The translations under genes were made by a program, and so were the position numbers. This document shows, piece by piece, positions 12,628 through 25,300 of a stretch of DNA of 60,000 nt. Position 1 is the stretch's first letter, and each line of letters starts with the position of its first letter. The notes below the pieces were generated by a model, which saw only the letters and a program-made list of their open reading frames with translations, did not search any database and had not been told where the DNA came from. Origin of the DNA: Camelus dromedarius (taxonomy: Eukaryota); the NCBI RefSeq assembly GCF_036321535.1, contig NC_087436.1, forward strand, positions 34,226,001-34,286,000. Reading direction: 5' to 3'.

Positions 12628-12979
12628 CTGTAAAACATTTAAAATAATGTATAATTAAACCGTGATATGCTTGAATAAAAATAAAAATGTAACGAATCCT
12701 TAAAACATTGATCAATTTAATGCAGAGAGAACAGTGGAGGTGTCTGGTTGTATTAGACTATATTTACCTATATTGCCTTTACCATTTTAGGTAGCACATG
12801 CCTTCACATTTAACAGATTCAAAGTTTTCTAAGTAATCTGACATTCATAACTAATTTTTCAAGATGTATAGAATTATTTTCCAGAACACAACTGCAGTAA
12901 TAATAGGGCAAATACTCATTTTAAGATAGGTAAATTATATCTTTTTAGGATTACTTATATGTATTTTTGTATTTTATTA

Positions 12980-13215
12980 TATTTTTAATTTTTATTGAAG
13001 TATAGTTGATTTGCAATGTTAGTTTCAAGTGTACATCAAAGTGATTCAGTTATACATATACATACCCATAGATATTTTCTTTTCAGACTCTTTTCCATTA
13101 TATGTCATCACAAGAAATTGAATATAAGTCCCTGTGCTAAACAGTGGGTCCTAGTTATTTATCTATTTTATATAGAGTAACATGTGCCTGTTAAACCCCA
13201 ACCCCTAATTTATCA
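12980..13215 (-). mobile_element. Short LINE-1 3'-end fragment
   Basis: ttttattgaagtatagttgatttgcaatgttagtttcaagtgtacatcaaagtgattcagttatacat is the reverse complement of the L1 3' terminus seen at 40020-40095. Confidence 0.8.
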
Positions 13216-14763
13216 GTTTGCAAGTTTAAAAAAATTATCCATTTAGTAAATGGCCCATAATTATCAGAAAATATTAAAGCTATCTCCAGAAAGAGAAATC
13301 AGTGCTTAACTATAAATGAAGCATAGTTGGAAAAGTAAAGATATAAATAAATTGTTGTACCTGTCATCTATTACATACTGGAATTTTAGAAAAAATCACT
13401 CTTATTGTTTATATCATTTATTAGGATGACAGCTATGATGAATAAAGGGTGAGTTCTTAATAATGAGGTGTCTGGGCAAGTCTTTACTTTGGCTGTCTTT
13501 TGAAATTTATCTAAGGGATATTTGGTTTCTCTTACTTTACCCAGTAGAACATTGGGTAACAGGATGCTCTTACTCCGGTTTCCAGCTACCAAGTTTCCAG
13601 TTTTCTAAGTAGACGCTTAGAAAATGAAATAATTTATAAGGCAGGATGAGAAGAGCATAATCCCATCACTGTTGCCAGGCAGAGCTGGTGCCTCAGCCGG
13701 GGGAGAAGGTGGTGCCACGTATCAGATGACAGGAGTGGAAGGATGGATCAGTTTATTTTGTTACCCAGATCAAATGTTATTTCTACATGCAACAAACACA
13801 TCTGGTAGAACTAAAAATGAGTTCATTTTTACTTTGTGGAAAATATGCCTAACACATTTACATGCGTTATTCATAATGAAATATTTTATTAAAGCACTTT
13901 CTCCAGATAATATATTCCAGCACCGAACCCAGGGGGAAAAAATAGAAAATTGTGGTTAAGTGACAATAACATTTCATCAAGTGGGCAACGTCTCATGAAA
14001 CACACAGTAGAAACAGCAACCCCTCTTTGGTTATAGCCAGAGTCCTTTTTGGAAAGAAGCCTTGGAAAGAGCCTTCTGCAAGCTCTCTGTTTCTCTCTTA
14101 ATTGATCACACCACGTCATCCTTCCATTTGACCAGTTTCTGATGAAAGGGTCCTTGGAACATAACATGGAGGAGAATGAGTAAGGAAGTATGTTTCCATT
14201 ACAGCATTCTGAACGTTTTCCTGCTCCCTAATATTCTACCTAACTCTTTCATCACTCCTAACTTTCAAAACATCATGCTCAGTTTTTGGTTTGGTTTTAT
14301 TTATTCATGGAGGTATCTGTTCGTTTATATCTTTATGTTTGACTCCACAGAGCTCCGAATCATCCCAGTTCTGTACAGTATACCTCGCTTCACTTCGGAA
14401 CAAAAACAAAGCACCAAAACAGAGGAACTGATGTGGAGCAGAAATAAAGCCCATCACCTGGCATTATTTCAGAACTCCAAATAAGGAGATCCTCAGTGTG
14501 CCACAAAAGCAGAGAGATTAGTGAGATGCTTTAAACATAGTGTCAAAGCAGGTGAACACAGAATGTTTTTCTTCTGCTCTTCACTCTGAAATTTTCTCTC
14601 CTTCTTTCTTTTTTTTTTTTTAAAGCCCAAGAAATTGCACATTCTTCTCTCTCCTCATATCTACTGCTACCGACTCCTAATACTCTCCCCTCTAACAATA
14701 TGGAAGCCCATTACCCAACTCTCTTACTGATTTTCACAAAGTGTCTTCCCACTGCCTGCCTCG

Positions 14764-14880
14764 GTGTGTGTGTGTGTGTGTTTGTGAGTGAGAGACAGAG
14801 ACAGAGACAGAGACTGACTAATTCAGAGTATGCAAAAAAAAAAAAAAAAAAAGAAGAAGAAGAAGGGAAAAAAAGAGAGA
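14764..14880. repeat. Compound simple repeat: (GT)n, (GACAGA)n, poly-A, (GAA)n
   Basis: Directly visible. Confidence 0.9.
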
Positions 14881-15749
14881 AGGCAACTGTCAGAAAGTGA
14901 GCCAAAAAAAAGAAAGAAGAAAACCAGGGGCCTTGGTCACTGATAAGATAATTGATAAGTAACAGTCCCTTTTCCCTAGCTTCCTGGGCTGGGTAAGCAG
15001 ATCGTATTCCTGTCATCCAAGTAACTGCTTATACCAGCCACTCTCTTCCTGTCTATTCAGTTCTCCTTCATCACGATTGTCTTTTTTCAGAATCTATTTA
15101 CTTCACTTACTAAATCCCTCAATCTCTGAAAAATTGCCTTTCAACATTTTCATACAAAAGAAATGTGAATTTTGGTCTGCGTTAGTCATTATTTTTATTC
15201 ACCCAGAGTTTACCTTCCCTTCAGGAAAAAAAAAATCTCTCTAAGTTGCTACCCATGCAACACAATCTGGAGGAGTTGTCTGCTACTGTCCTGTTGGAAA
15301 TGCAAGATTTTATGGTGACAGAAATGGATCCTGACATTCAGCTTCTTCCTTGAGGAAGAAAAATATTCTGTCTCCGATTTCTTCAACCACATTTTTCTTG
15401 TAACTCTTGGCTTAAAGAGATAACACACAGAAATATTTCATATGTCATTTAAATGGCACGAGGACTTGGAAGCAGCCTAACAGACAATGCACAGACCTCA
15501 GTGTCAAAGCCACTCAGTGCATATAAAAAGTGTTTCTGGTAGCCTACGAACGTCTACTTCTTTCTTCACTTCTTTACTGTCTTTGCTTCCAATACACTCC
15601 TGAGTGAAAACTGTACACACCAAGTAATAACATTATACAGTGACAGGTGCTTTGTTTTACAGTGACTTCATTAATTCTGGAATTGAGCTTTTTGCTTTAA
15701 TAATGGAGGTAAAGTTATCACCTGAGGATGTTCCCCAACTGGATTAGGG

Positions 15750-15947
15750 CAGAGTGTCTCAACCTCAGCACTGCTGATCTTTCAGACTGATCGTTCTCTG
15801 TTGTGGGTGTTGTGCATGGCAAGATGTGTAGAGACATATCTGACCTCCACCCATTTGATGCTGGTAGCAGCCCCCCACCCCCCATGACAATAAAAGATTG
15901 CCAAACATCCCCCGAGAGGTAAAGTCACCCCCAGTTGGGAACGACTG
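15750..15947. mobile_element. MER20 hAT-Charlie non-autonomous DNA transposon
   Basis: Termini cagagtgtctcaacc ... gttgggaacgactg (degenerate TIR); internal text resembles MER20; 8-bp flanks gattaggg / aactaggg fit a decayed TSD. Confidence 0.85.
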
Positions 15948-17078
15948 AACTAGGGGACTGTTTTTTGTACTACTTAAAGTTAGGTACATGACACATAACT
16001 ATCAGCTTAGATGGAGAGAAACATAATATAAGCTTGGATGGAGAGAAATTTTGAGAATTTAAGAGGCTGAAGTTTCAAGGTGAACGTCTGTTTTTATTTT
16101 TAGTATTTTAGGCGAACTGAGCCTAGTAATTTTCTATGTATTTTGCTTTTTTCTTTATGAACTAAGTTTTTAGTAATTTCCAAAATACTGATTTATAAGT
16201 GAAAATAATTCAGGGAATCTGGGTTTGTTTTCTTAAGAATTTGCTAAAAGTCAAATAAAGTTATCAGAATTATATGAAATGATATTAGTAAAAAACACTC
16301 AGTATAACTAAACTAATAAACTGATGGTCTGAGAGATGAAGTCTTATTTGTGGGAAAGAAAGCAGAATAATAATTTTAGAAATTGAGAAAGCTAAGAGCT
16401 GACAGAAAATGCACATGTAATGAAATTACTCATCAGTTTAGCATCTCATTTACAGCTGAGAAAAAAATGGGTAAAAGCTTAATGATAAATCAATCATGAA
16501 ATAGAATGTTTCAAAAATATGTATTTAGAAATGATTTGGAGAAGTCAGCTGAAATTTTACTTACAATAAATTCCAAAGATATTTAATTTCACAGGATTTA
16601 CCTGGGTAAATTGAATACATGTTCCAGAATAAAGCCAAAAAATTTCATTTTTTTTTTCTATTCTAGTCTTGCCAATGAATACATACATATCAGTATTTGG
16701 AATAATTCTTGGAAAAAAATATGTTTCTATTTCAAAGACATACTATCTTTTTATTTGCACTTTGTTTGAAAGTAGGGTGAAAATAACATAAATTTTTATC
16801 TGGCAAAATAAATTGGAACCAACTCTTTCTATGCTGGCCTACCTAGCAGTGGGCTCTACTCTAAACAAAAGTGTTTTGAAGCCAGACCATGCAGATCTTT
16901 GTTACTCTGGCCAATGCTTGAAGAATAGTTAAGATAGATGATATTGGAATAGTGCCCAGCATTAGTCGGAACTCTAATGGGTTGTAAAGAAAAGGACAGA
17001 AGTTGTGGGAGAAGTGATTTAAACCATGACACAGCAGGCGGTCTAATCCAATGAAGTCACCATTAGCTTTTATCTTAC

Positions 17079-17296
17079 CTTCACAGTAGTGTAATTGCTG
17101 CTTTCTTGAATGTGGATTAAAATGCCATTCTCACTTCTTGTCCTGAATTTTACTTCCAGAGTGTTCACACCAAAAGGCTCCAACACAGCACCTCGTATGC
17201 TCTGTCTCAACAAATATTCCCTCTTCTCATTCTGACTCATGTGGTAGTCCAAGCGCCCTTTGCCTTCTAATGATAAGGCGGTGTCAGGAGTAACAG
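17079..17296 (-). CDS. FAT4: FAT4 coding exon, 218 nt (approx. exon 16), laminin G domain 2 N-terminal part
   Basis: VTPDTALSLEGKGRLDYHMSQNEKREYLLRQ...LEVKFRTRSENGILIHIQESSNYTTVK; ttccag acceptor, AAG|gtaaga donor. Confidence 0.94.
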
Positions 17297-17917
17297 CTGG
17301 AAGCCAGCAAAGGAAGAGAAACGTGAACACAGCCAATAGGCATTTCTTAAAGAGTTTCCATGGTGACAAAAATTGTAAAAATTATATATATAAGAAAAAA
17401 GAACAGTGAAAATATTAAGGTTTTGGAATTAGTGTCCCCAATTTTCCTCTGAAAAAAATAATTTCTGCTTGTGAATCATTGCATAAGTTTATATCCATTT
17501 CAGAACCATGAAATGTAAAACATTTTAAGACACTCATTATTCATTTGGAAAATACTCATTACAATATTGGATACATGCTATATAAATTATGAGCACTTGA
17601 AGAGATAGCCACATGTTAAAAATACATAGCTGAAAAAATTGTTCATAAATTTCACTGTGTTTCTAAAATTAATTATATATGTTTTCATGGTTAAAATGAT
17701 TTGTAATCATAAAGCCTTTAACAAGGAAAACTTGAACAAAGAAGTGTACAAATGTTTATATTTGTAAATGACTTTATTAGTAGTAATAATCTTGTAGAAT
17801 TTAAATTGTCATGTATAATTATAATTTATCATAATCTGATAAAACGTTCACACTATTGAAGTATATAAGTAATAGACCTAAAGAAAAGACATAAAGAAAA
17901 TATACTCAAGGGTCTTA

Positions 17918-17985
17918 GCATTGAATTGTACATTTTAAAAAGGTAAACTTTATAGTATGTGAATTATATCTCAGTTTTTTAAAGA
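17918..17985 (+). mobile_element. Ancient L1M 3'-terminal fragment
   Basis: cattgaattgtacattttaaaaaggtaaactttatagtatgtgaattatatctca resembles the L1MB/MC 3' end. Confidence 0.6.
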
Positions 17986-18935
17986 GAATCACAAGCATTT
18001 CTCAAATGAATGACATTTTATTTTCCAAATATAATTGGGTTCCTACTTACTAAATACTCATTACTTTAAAAAAAATCATGTGACAATGTACTTTTCTATG
18101 TTTTGTTTATTTTCCTAAACACAATTGTACCTCTGCTACTAAGATCTTATTGATTATAGTATGTAAATTTAATCATAAATTTCTATTCATTCTCATACTA
18201 TAATAGAATCAAATGATTCTTTAAAGAGTGGCCAGATAAGTGCAACGATTTAAGTTGTAACCGCTTACCTGAAAATAAGGCAATTTATATAAAAGAGACC
18301 CCATTAGGGTCAGTCAGTGGGATTTAAAGCTTCACAATAGAGAATGTGATGCTCTAATGCTGGCTTGAATATCATTAATGTCTTATGAACAATAGTTATT
18401 AGGATTTAGAAACAAACAACCAATAAAAGAATTTAAAAAGTAATATTTGAAACCAATTCCAATAATTGGAATTTAAAACTTAATTATCATCTTTAACTAT
18501 AATAGCTTTTATTGCCACTGTATGATGCTTTGAACTCAGTGTTCACTGACTTGGTATTCTTACTTTTCAACCAAATACAACATGTTCAGCAGTGAAATAT
18601 CCCCTAAAGGCAGCTAGTATTAAGCCAAAGCCTGAATATAGCCTCTGGCCTTGTTGCATCCCTATAGGTAAAACAACAATAACTAAATGATGTCTTTATA
18701 AAATGGAATCTAAGGACATCTTTAGTAAACAATTATAAAAGGGTTTCACTCTTCCTCAGGTTAAAAACATGAATTTAAAAAGGATTTTGTATTTGACCAA
18801 TCATTGCCCCTTTAATATTTCCAATATTCAGAATCAAAATGTAATTCTTTTAATTCAGTTATATATTTAGGTGCATATACTTATACTTTATACGGTTACG
18901 ATAATTTCCTGTGGACGCTGAAATGGCTTGCGTAC

Positions 18936-19060
18936 ATTTTTCACAGTATTTCCCAGTCAGTCCTTCTCTGCAGTGACACTGCTGCCATGACCAGTAATCT
19001 GTACACGTGCCACCGTGCTGGCAGGGACTGCGAGAGCAAGCGCCTTCGAGTCGAGGGCAT
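18936..19060 (-). CDS. FAT4: FAT4 coding exon, 125 nt (approx. exon 15), EGF-like domain
   Basis: CPRLEGACSRSPCQHGGTCTDYWSWQQCHCREGLTGKYCEK; tttcag acceptor, AAT|gtacgc donor, required by the phase of the next exon. Confidence 0.92.
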
Positions 19061-19419
19061 CTGAAATCAAATTGGAATGAAGACACATAAAGCACAAAAC
19101 CAGGTGGGGGAAATTTGTTAAAATTTGATACAAACTTTTATTAACCAGTTTAGTTTCATGCACTCAATTCTTTGCAACTCAAGTTACAACTATATTTGGA
19201 ACATCTAATCAAAGTAGAAGTTATCCTGTAGCAGGTGCCTTGCCTTATTCATAAAGGAGAAGGTTAAACAAAATAACATCTTACACAATAAAAAAGCAGT
19301 GATTATTTCGTCTTTAAATTAATTTTTAGTTGAGTAAAACTTCTTGGTCAAATAAACACTTTGGTTCATGTGATCTCGGGGCCACGTGTACACATCTCCT
19401 CCACCAGACAGCTCATGCA

Positions 19420-19830
19420 GTTAATGAGTTTTGAATGTCTATGACATGCCAAGCGCTGTTCTAAGCATGGAGGTAAAGTGATGAAAAAAAATTCCATGGG
19501 ATATTTCTTTTTCCTTGTGGAAGAGACAGAAGGAAACTCCAAAATTAGATAAATGTGTAGTAAGTTAGAAAGAAGGAAGTTCTGTGGGATAATTAAGGCA
19601 GAAAAGGGGCATTAGGAGTTTGGGGGTGTTGATGGATCTCTAGGTTAAGCAGTGAAGGGAGGGTCTGTTTTTCTGGAGTCCTAAACAAAGTGAAGGAGCA
19701 AAGTATATCTGATAGACAATCATTCCCAGCAGAGGAAAGAGCCAAGGGAGAAAGTCTCAAAGTGCAGGAACACCAAGTGGCCCAGTATAGTCAGAGCATT
19801 GTGGACAGGGAGAAGAGCAGGTAGATAATG
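19420..19830 (-). mobile_element. LINE-2 fragment (degraded)
   Basis: gaatgtctatgacatgccaagcgctgttctaagcatgg and cattcccagcagaggaaagagccaag resemble reverse-strand L2. Confidence 0.65.
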
Positions 19831-20129
19831 GTGAGGAAGTCAAGGGCGCGAAAAGAACCGTCACGACTGCCTGGGACCTGACCGCAGGACCTCCATGTTT
19901 GCTGCCCATGCTGGACTTCTGCTGAGCACTCACTCTAAATAAAAGCATTGAATAGTTGCTGAGTTGCAGAAAGGAAAAAATAATGCTGAGAACTGGATTT
20001 TTTCTGGATTAAAGAAAACATACTTTTCTCTAGTAACAGATAAGATGTATTCTATAAAATACATGCTTCACATGAAGTATAACTTAAGTGAAAATTAATT
20101 TAAGAATATTCTTTTTAAGATGTCAGATA

Positions 20130-20645
20130 TAGAAGCAGTGAACTATGCACATATACCGCTACTATAAACTTTCTAGAAAGTAATTTGGCAATACATATGA
20201 ATTAGATCTTTATTTTTTGACCAACTTATTTTAAAGTGGAAAAATTCAGTCTTTAAGTACTAATTTTCAGTAACATAATAACAGCATATAGGAAAGTAAA
20301 GGCAAATGTCAAATTGTATTAAAATAATTAATTCACAAATATCAAGAAACATTCACAGCTTTGTAATCGTATCCCCAGAAATCTCAAGTATGAAAATAAC
20401 ATGAGCCAAGATTTTTATGAAAATATACTAATCGCAGGGTTACTGATATGTTAATAAATTTGGAAACAACTAAAGTGTATATTCAGTTAAAACAGGGCAC
20501 ATCCATATTATGGGATAATTGGCAGTTGTGAGTATGAATGTTAACCTAAGAGTGTTTGTCTCTGGGTAGTTCATTTATAGGTTACTTTATATTTTTCTGA
20601 ATTTTAAAGACTTTCAGTATGAACAAGAATAATTTTTGAAATAAA
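20130..20645 (+). mobile_element. Ancient L1ME-like 3' fragments
   Basis: actttctagaaagtaatttggcaatacatat, ttggaaacaactaaagtg, gtttgtctctgggtag...ttactttatatttttctg; highly diverged. Confidence 0.5.
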
Positions 20646-20787
20646 ATATATTATTTCCACAATTCCTAAGTCATTGCTGGGATTTTCAAATAGGAAAAAA
20701 AAGCCTTACAATTTGCAATTAATCAAATTATTACTTGTTAACAATATATTGAGTTTTGGGGAATATGTATATTTATACATAAAATAA

Positions 20788-20920
20788 TTTTTTTTTCTTT
20801 TTGGGGGGAGGTAATTAGGTTTTTATTTCTTTATTTATTTTAATGGAAGTACTGGGGATTGAACCCAGGACCTTGTGCATGCTAGGCACACGCTCTACCA
20901 CTGAGCCATACCTTCCCCCC
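20788..20920 (-). mobile_element. tRNA-derived SINE, camelid Vic-1-like
   Basis: Minus strand GGGGGGAAGGTATGGCTCAGTGGTAGAGCGTGTGCCTAGCATGCACAAGGTCCTGGGTTCAATCCCCAGTAC with A box and B box, tail ACCTAATTACCTCCCCCC plus A-run; TSD tatacataaaataa (20774-20787) / tatatataaaatga (20921-20934). Confidence 0.88.
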
Positions 20921-21237
20921 TATATATAAAATGAATTAATTTCAAATAGTTTTTGTATATATTATTGTTAACACTTTTACATTACTATGTGCCAGGTTCC
21001 TTTCTATGGGATTTACTTATTTAACTCATACTCTTCACAAGCCTGTAAGGCAAATCCTATACATTCATATATGCATGCATCCATATATTTTCACAAATTA
21101 CACAGCTAAAAATAAATAACTCAAATTCAAAACAGCATAAACATTTGGTATTTTTAAGGCTTTTGGCACAACAATTTCATCTTTTTGATGCTCGATTATC
21201 TATTTTTTAAAATAGTAAAAAAATAAGATTGCCTTAC

Positions 21238-21417
21238 TGATCTAGGATGCCTTGTGCTGCTAAAGCTTGGCTGGGTTCCAGTGGCCTCCCATTGACAGCA
21301 AACTCCATTATACACCCGACAAAGTCGTGGCTTTCCACATGTCCTCTCCTTTGAAGGATTGGTTCTAGTGACCTGATACCTCCAACTGTGACTCGATTTG
21401 GCTGAACGTCAAGAGTC
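21238..21417 (-). CDS. FAT4: FAT4 coding exon, 180 nt (approx. exon 14), laminin G domain 1 C-terminal part
   Basis: TLDVQPNRVTVGGIRSLEPILQRRGHVESHDFVGCIMEFAVNGRPLEPSQALAAQGILD(Q) with the LamG FxGCI motif; atgtag acceptor, TCA|gtaagg donor. Not in the ORF track. Confidence 0.93.
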
Positions 21418-22280
21418 CTACATAAGAAAGGAAAGATAAGTATATTAGGACCAATAAAAGGGATTTCGGTAGAATGTTTAAGTTAAAGGGTGACTGCAGC
21501 CTTTTCTGGCATGTATTAAAGTGTGGTAAATTGAATGGAAAACATTACCTAATCAACGCATGTCCTCTAAACAGATACCTACAGGACTGTTACATTTTTC
21601 AGGGTATGAAAAATAGTAAAACGTATGGAAATGGTATCTTCAGTTAGTCACATGAGATGTATATAACAATGTCGAGTTTTCGAGAAGGTGCATACTATCA
21701 GAAAGAAAATAAAATGCAGTAGAAGTGACAACTCTAATATTAACATCAGATTACATTTTTCCTTCACTACAGAGATGATAAGAATGCCAATAAGTTGATT
21801 AAAGCCAATGGATAATGTGTCACTATTTATTTTTCTCTGTTTGTTACTATTTCTATTAAAATCACTCATGTTTTAGATGAGGTAATGTTGTATTTCAACT
21901 TCAGGTGCTACTGACAAATATTTGTCAGTAACTGTCACAAACAACTCTCAGAAAATACATTTAAAAGAGGTGAGATCCTTATCCTAACCTTCTTGCAGGA
22001 CCCAGGTCAGATGCAACTATTTCATGAAGCTTTTCAAAGGGTAGAGGCTATGTTAATCTTTGTCTAGCTTTTCCCTCATCTTTACCACTTCATTTTACAC
22101 CTTCTTTACAAATTTTGTAAACTAATTATTAACTTTTTATTTTACAGTATGAAAATCTCTTTGGAGACGATAAAATATGTTAAACTATATAATATTTAGC
22201 ATAATAAAATTACGTTTAAAAGCATAAATTCCTTTTGAATGACAAGTAATAACAAAGATTAAAATAATACTTATACTTAC

Positions 22281-22366
22281 CAGTCATCCGAAACTGCCAC
22301 ATTACTAACAGTGCAGTACCCTGGTTCTTGGTTCTCAGAACAAGAGTCCACAGTTAAGGAAGCTGC
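22281..22366 (-). CDS. FAT4: FAT4 coding exon, 86 nt (approx. exon 13), laminin G domain 1
   Basis: AASLTVDSCSENQEPGYCTVSNVAVSDD(W); tttatag acceptor, CTG|gtaagt donor; phase consistent. Not in the ORF track. Confidence 0.93.
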
Positions 22367-25300
22367 CTATAAAGCAAGAGAAAGAAATGTTCAGCTTGGG
22401 TTCAACTGTCACAATTGTCCTTTTCGCCAGCACGACCTCGGATTTATTTCTGTGTGGATATGACTTTAAAATTGCAATAACATTTTGATGTAGTATATTA
22501 TAGTACAGTTATAATACAGTATCAAATTAGGGGTACGTACTTTCCTTCATATATTTAAAGCTAAAATTGTGAAATGATTACATGTAGGCAGTGGGAGAGG
22601 GCTTTTAAAATCTTCTCTAGCCTCCTTGTTTTACAGATGAAAGAATAAAAATGCCATTAACATCTCTGGGACAGCTTCCTGGGGTTCCAATCTTAAGAAA
22701 AATGTTTATTTTACTATCTAGCTATTTTAACAAATGAAAAGACACTAGATTTCTGATTTTCAGAAGTCTATTTCCAATAATATTTCAGTCTTATTCACAA
22801 AAAGATTTTGAAAGGACAATTTAAATATTATAGCAACCTATAATAGAAGATTGTAATTCTTGTATTAAAGTTTGAGATAATTTAAACAAATGAATTACTC
22901 TTTTAATTTATAAGAATCATAATAGCATAATATAGCATAGTTATGTATATTTGGAACACATTATTATATATTTCTATACAGTAAAAAACTCCTCAAAACC
23001 ATTTAAATCACAACTAGCAGTAACAGTTTTTGCTTCCTAAGGGATACATATTCCCCTGAAACAAAAGCCTTCTGTTTAGGAGAACATATTAACATTCCAT
23101 TTGATCAATAAACAAAGTCATCAAGTCATAGTCACAAGGCCCAATAACATGATAGAAATCAGGGCTCTCTATATTGGGTGAATGACCGGTGGGAAGGGCT
23201 TAAAACCAAGGTTGTTGCATGTCCACCTTACTCTGTGCTCTTTGATTCCCCTCCTTTGTTTCTCAAACTGCAGGGAAACTCTGCAAATGATAAAACTTTG
23301 GATATTTTAATGGGTGAAATTATAAAGTTGATATTCAGAGTGTAGTATTTCAGAACTTGGCCAGTAAATCACAGGAAGAGGCAGGACCCCAAATCCAGAG
23401 GCACAAAAGGACTGAGGGTTTTTCCCAATGCAGACAATAAAGGGTTGTACGTAAATTTACTTAATACCACAGGACAGGACTACTCCAACTTTGTCTATTT
23501 GTGGAGCAGAAATACAAATACTATGAAAGTATTAATTTATAACAATGGTAGTCATTTGAGGTTAATTTTAATAAAAGTAAAGCAAATGTAGGAAACATAG
23601 CATAGAGAGGTTAAGCAAGTTAACTAACATGACCTCTGACTTACATGCAAAAGTGTCAGGTTTTCTGTCTTCCTGAATCAGGTCGCTTTAATTATGTATG
23701 GAAATGATTTGTTTCCTTAGTATCACATTTTTATCAGTATTGCATATGATTTTGAGGGATTATCCATAAAAAATATGTTTAGGTGGGATACTTGTAAAGG
23801 TATATCTTAAATACCTTACACTTCAGAAATAATAAATAGGGTCAATTTATAGTTATTTCAAATGTTACTGGCTATATTTTAAAATATTTCTATAAATTAA
23901 TTATTCCAACTGATTATAAACTCCATACAATAAACTCTCATAAGCTGTGTAATTTTTTTCTTGCCACTGTCTCAAGGAAATTATAATAAATACTAACATT
24001 TTTAGGAAACATTTACACTTCTAATTCTATGTTAAGACTTTCATGCCCTAGCTAGTTAACTCTTTCAACAGTTAATAATTTTTTCCAGCAATCTATAAAA
24101 TTAAGTGGCATTCAATCTCAAAAGAGGTGTTAGGTTTTCATAATACAATGTATGCTTATGTTGACTATTCAATTTAAGCACAATTCCTTTCAGTTTATTT
24201 CTAAAACAAAATGTTAGCACATCTCTATGTATACTATGTAAAGTATCCTCCATGCTAGAGATCCCTAAAGCTATCACAAGCTAGACAGAGGATATTTTTG
24301 AATGCCTTAAATAGGAAAAAAAAAAACAACTCGCATAACAGTATCATATTTTGGTTAATGTTAATACTTAATATATTTTTCTTATTTTCTAAAAGCTTGG
24401 TACTACAACTCAAAGGAAAAAATACCTGAACGACAGTTTTAGTTGAATAATAGCTCATTCCATTTAATCTTCAGAGTTAAATGCATTGTCTTTTACTGTT
24501 GAATTTTTCTACCAGTACTGCTGTAAATTGAGATGTTTTTATCCTGTCTATGTGATGGTTCAGAGCTGAGAAGTTAATGATTTTGCCAGTTTCCAACAAA
24601 ATCCTTTGAACTTTAGAAAACGACAGATTCAAAATCCAGTAGGGGCCTTATTTTAGGTGATTTCTGAAATAGTAAGATATTTTTTCCTCTGACTGAAGTA
24701 ACAATGACAAGGGTATTTTTTTCCACTTCTAGGATTACTCAAAATCTGATGACTATGGTGACATATTACAAAATGAACCAAAATAACTTTTTTCTCTTTC
24801 CTGTTAGGCATGATGCCTCACAGGGCCTCTTTCTTTGTTCTCCCTCTTGCTCCTAAGCCTTTGTCTGATAAAATCAAATGCTCAGGAAGTTTAAGGGGAT
24901 CTCGGAGGTCATCGGGTAAAATTCTCTATTCTTTGTAGGTCCATGGAGAACATGTTAGCAATACGGTTACCTTCCATATGCTTGGAGGGCTGGGGTGAGG
25001 TGGTACCTACTAACCCCCTTAGGTTCACCGGTCAGGGTTAGAAAACCATTATGGCCAACAGAAGCGCCAGTCTACATGTACATACCAGACTCCACATGTT
25101 TGTTCTACTTCTGTCAGGTTCAGTGTAACTGGGTACCTCAGTAATCAGGGATATTGGAATTTTCTAAATTCATGTTGTCCTGAAGATCTTCTGAGCACAA
25201 AACTCAGGCAGAAATGGGTGTAGTAACCTATCACTAATCTGAAAAATTATTATTCCCAAGATGTGTCTGTTATACCTCTACTAAGGTTCATTGAAGTCAG

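Noticed and set aside
20845..20920. tRNA gene
   Set aside because: The A/B boxes belong to a SINE head with an A-rich tail and TSDs.
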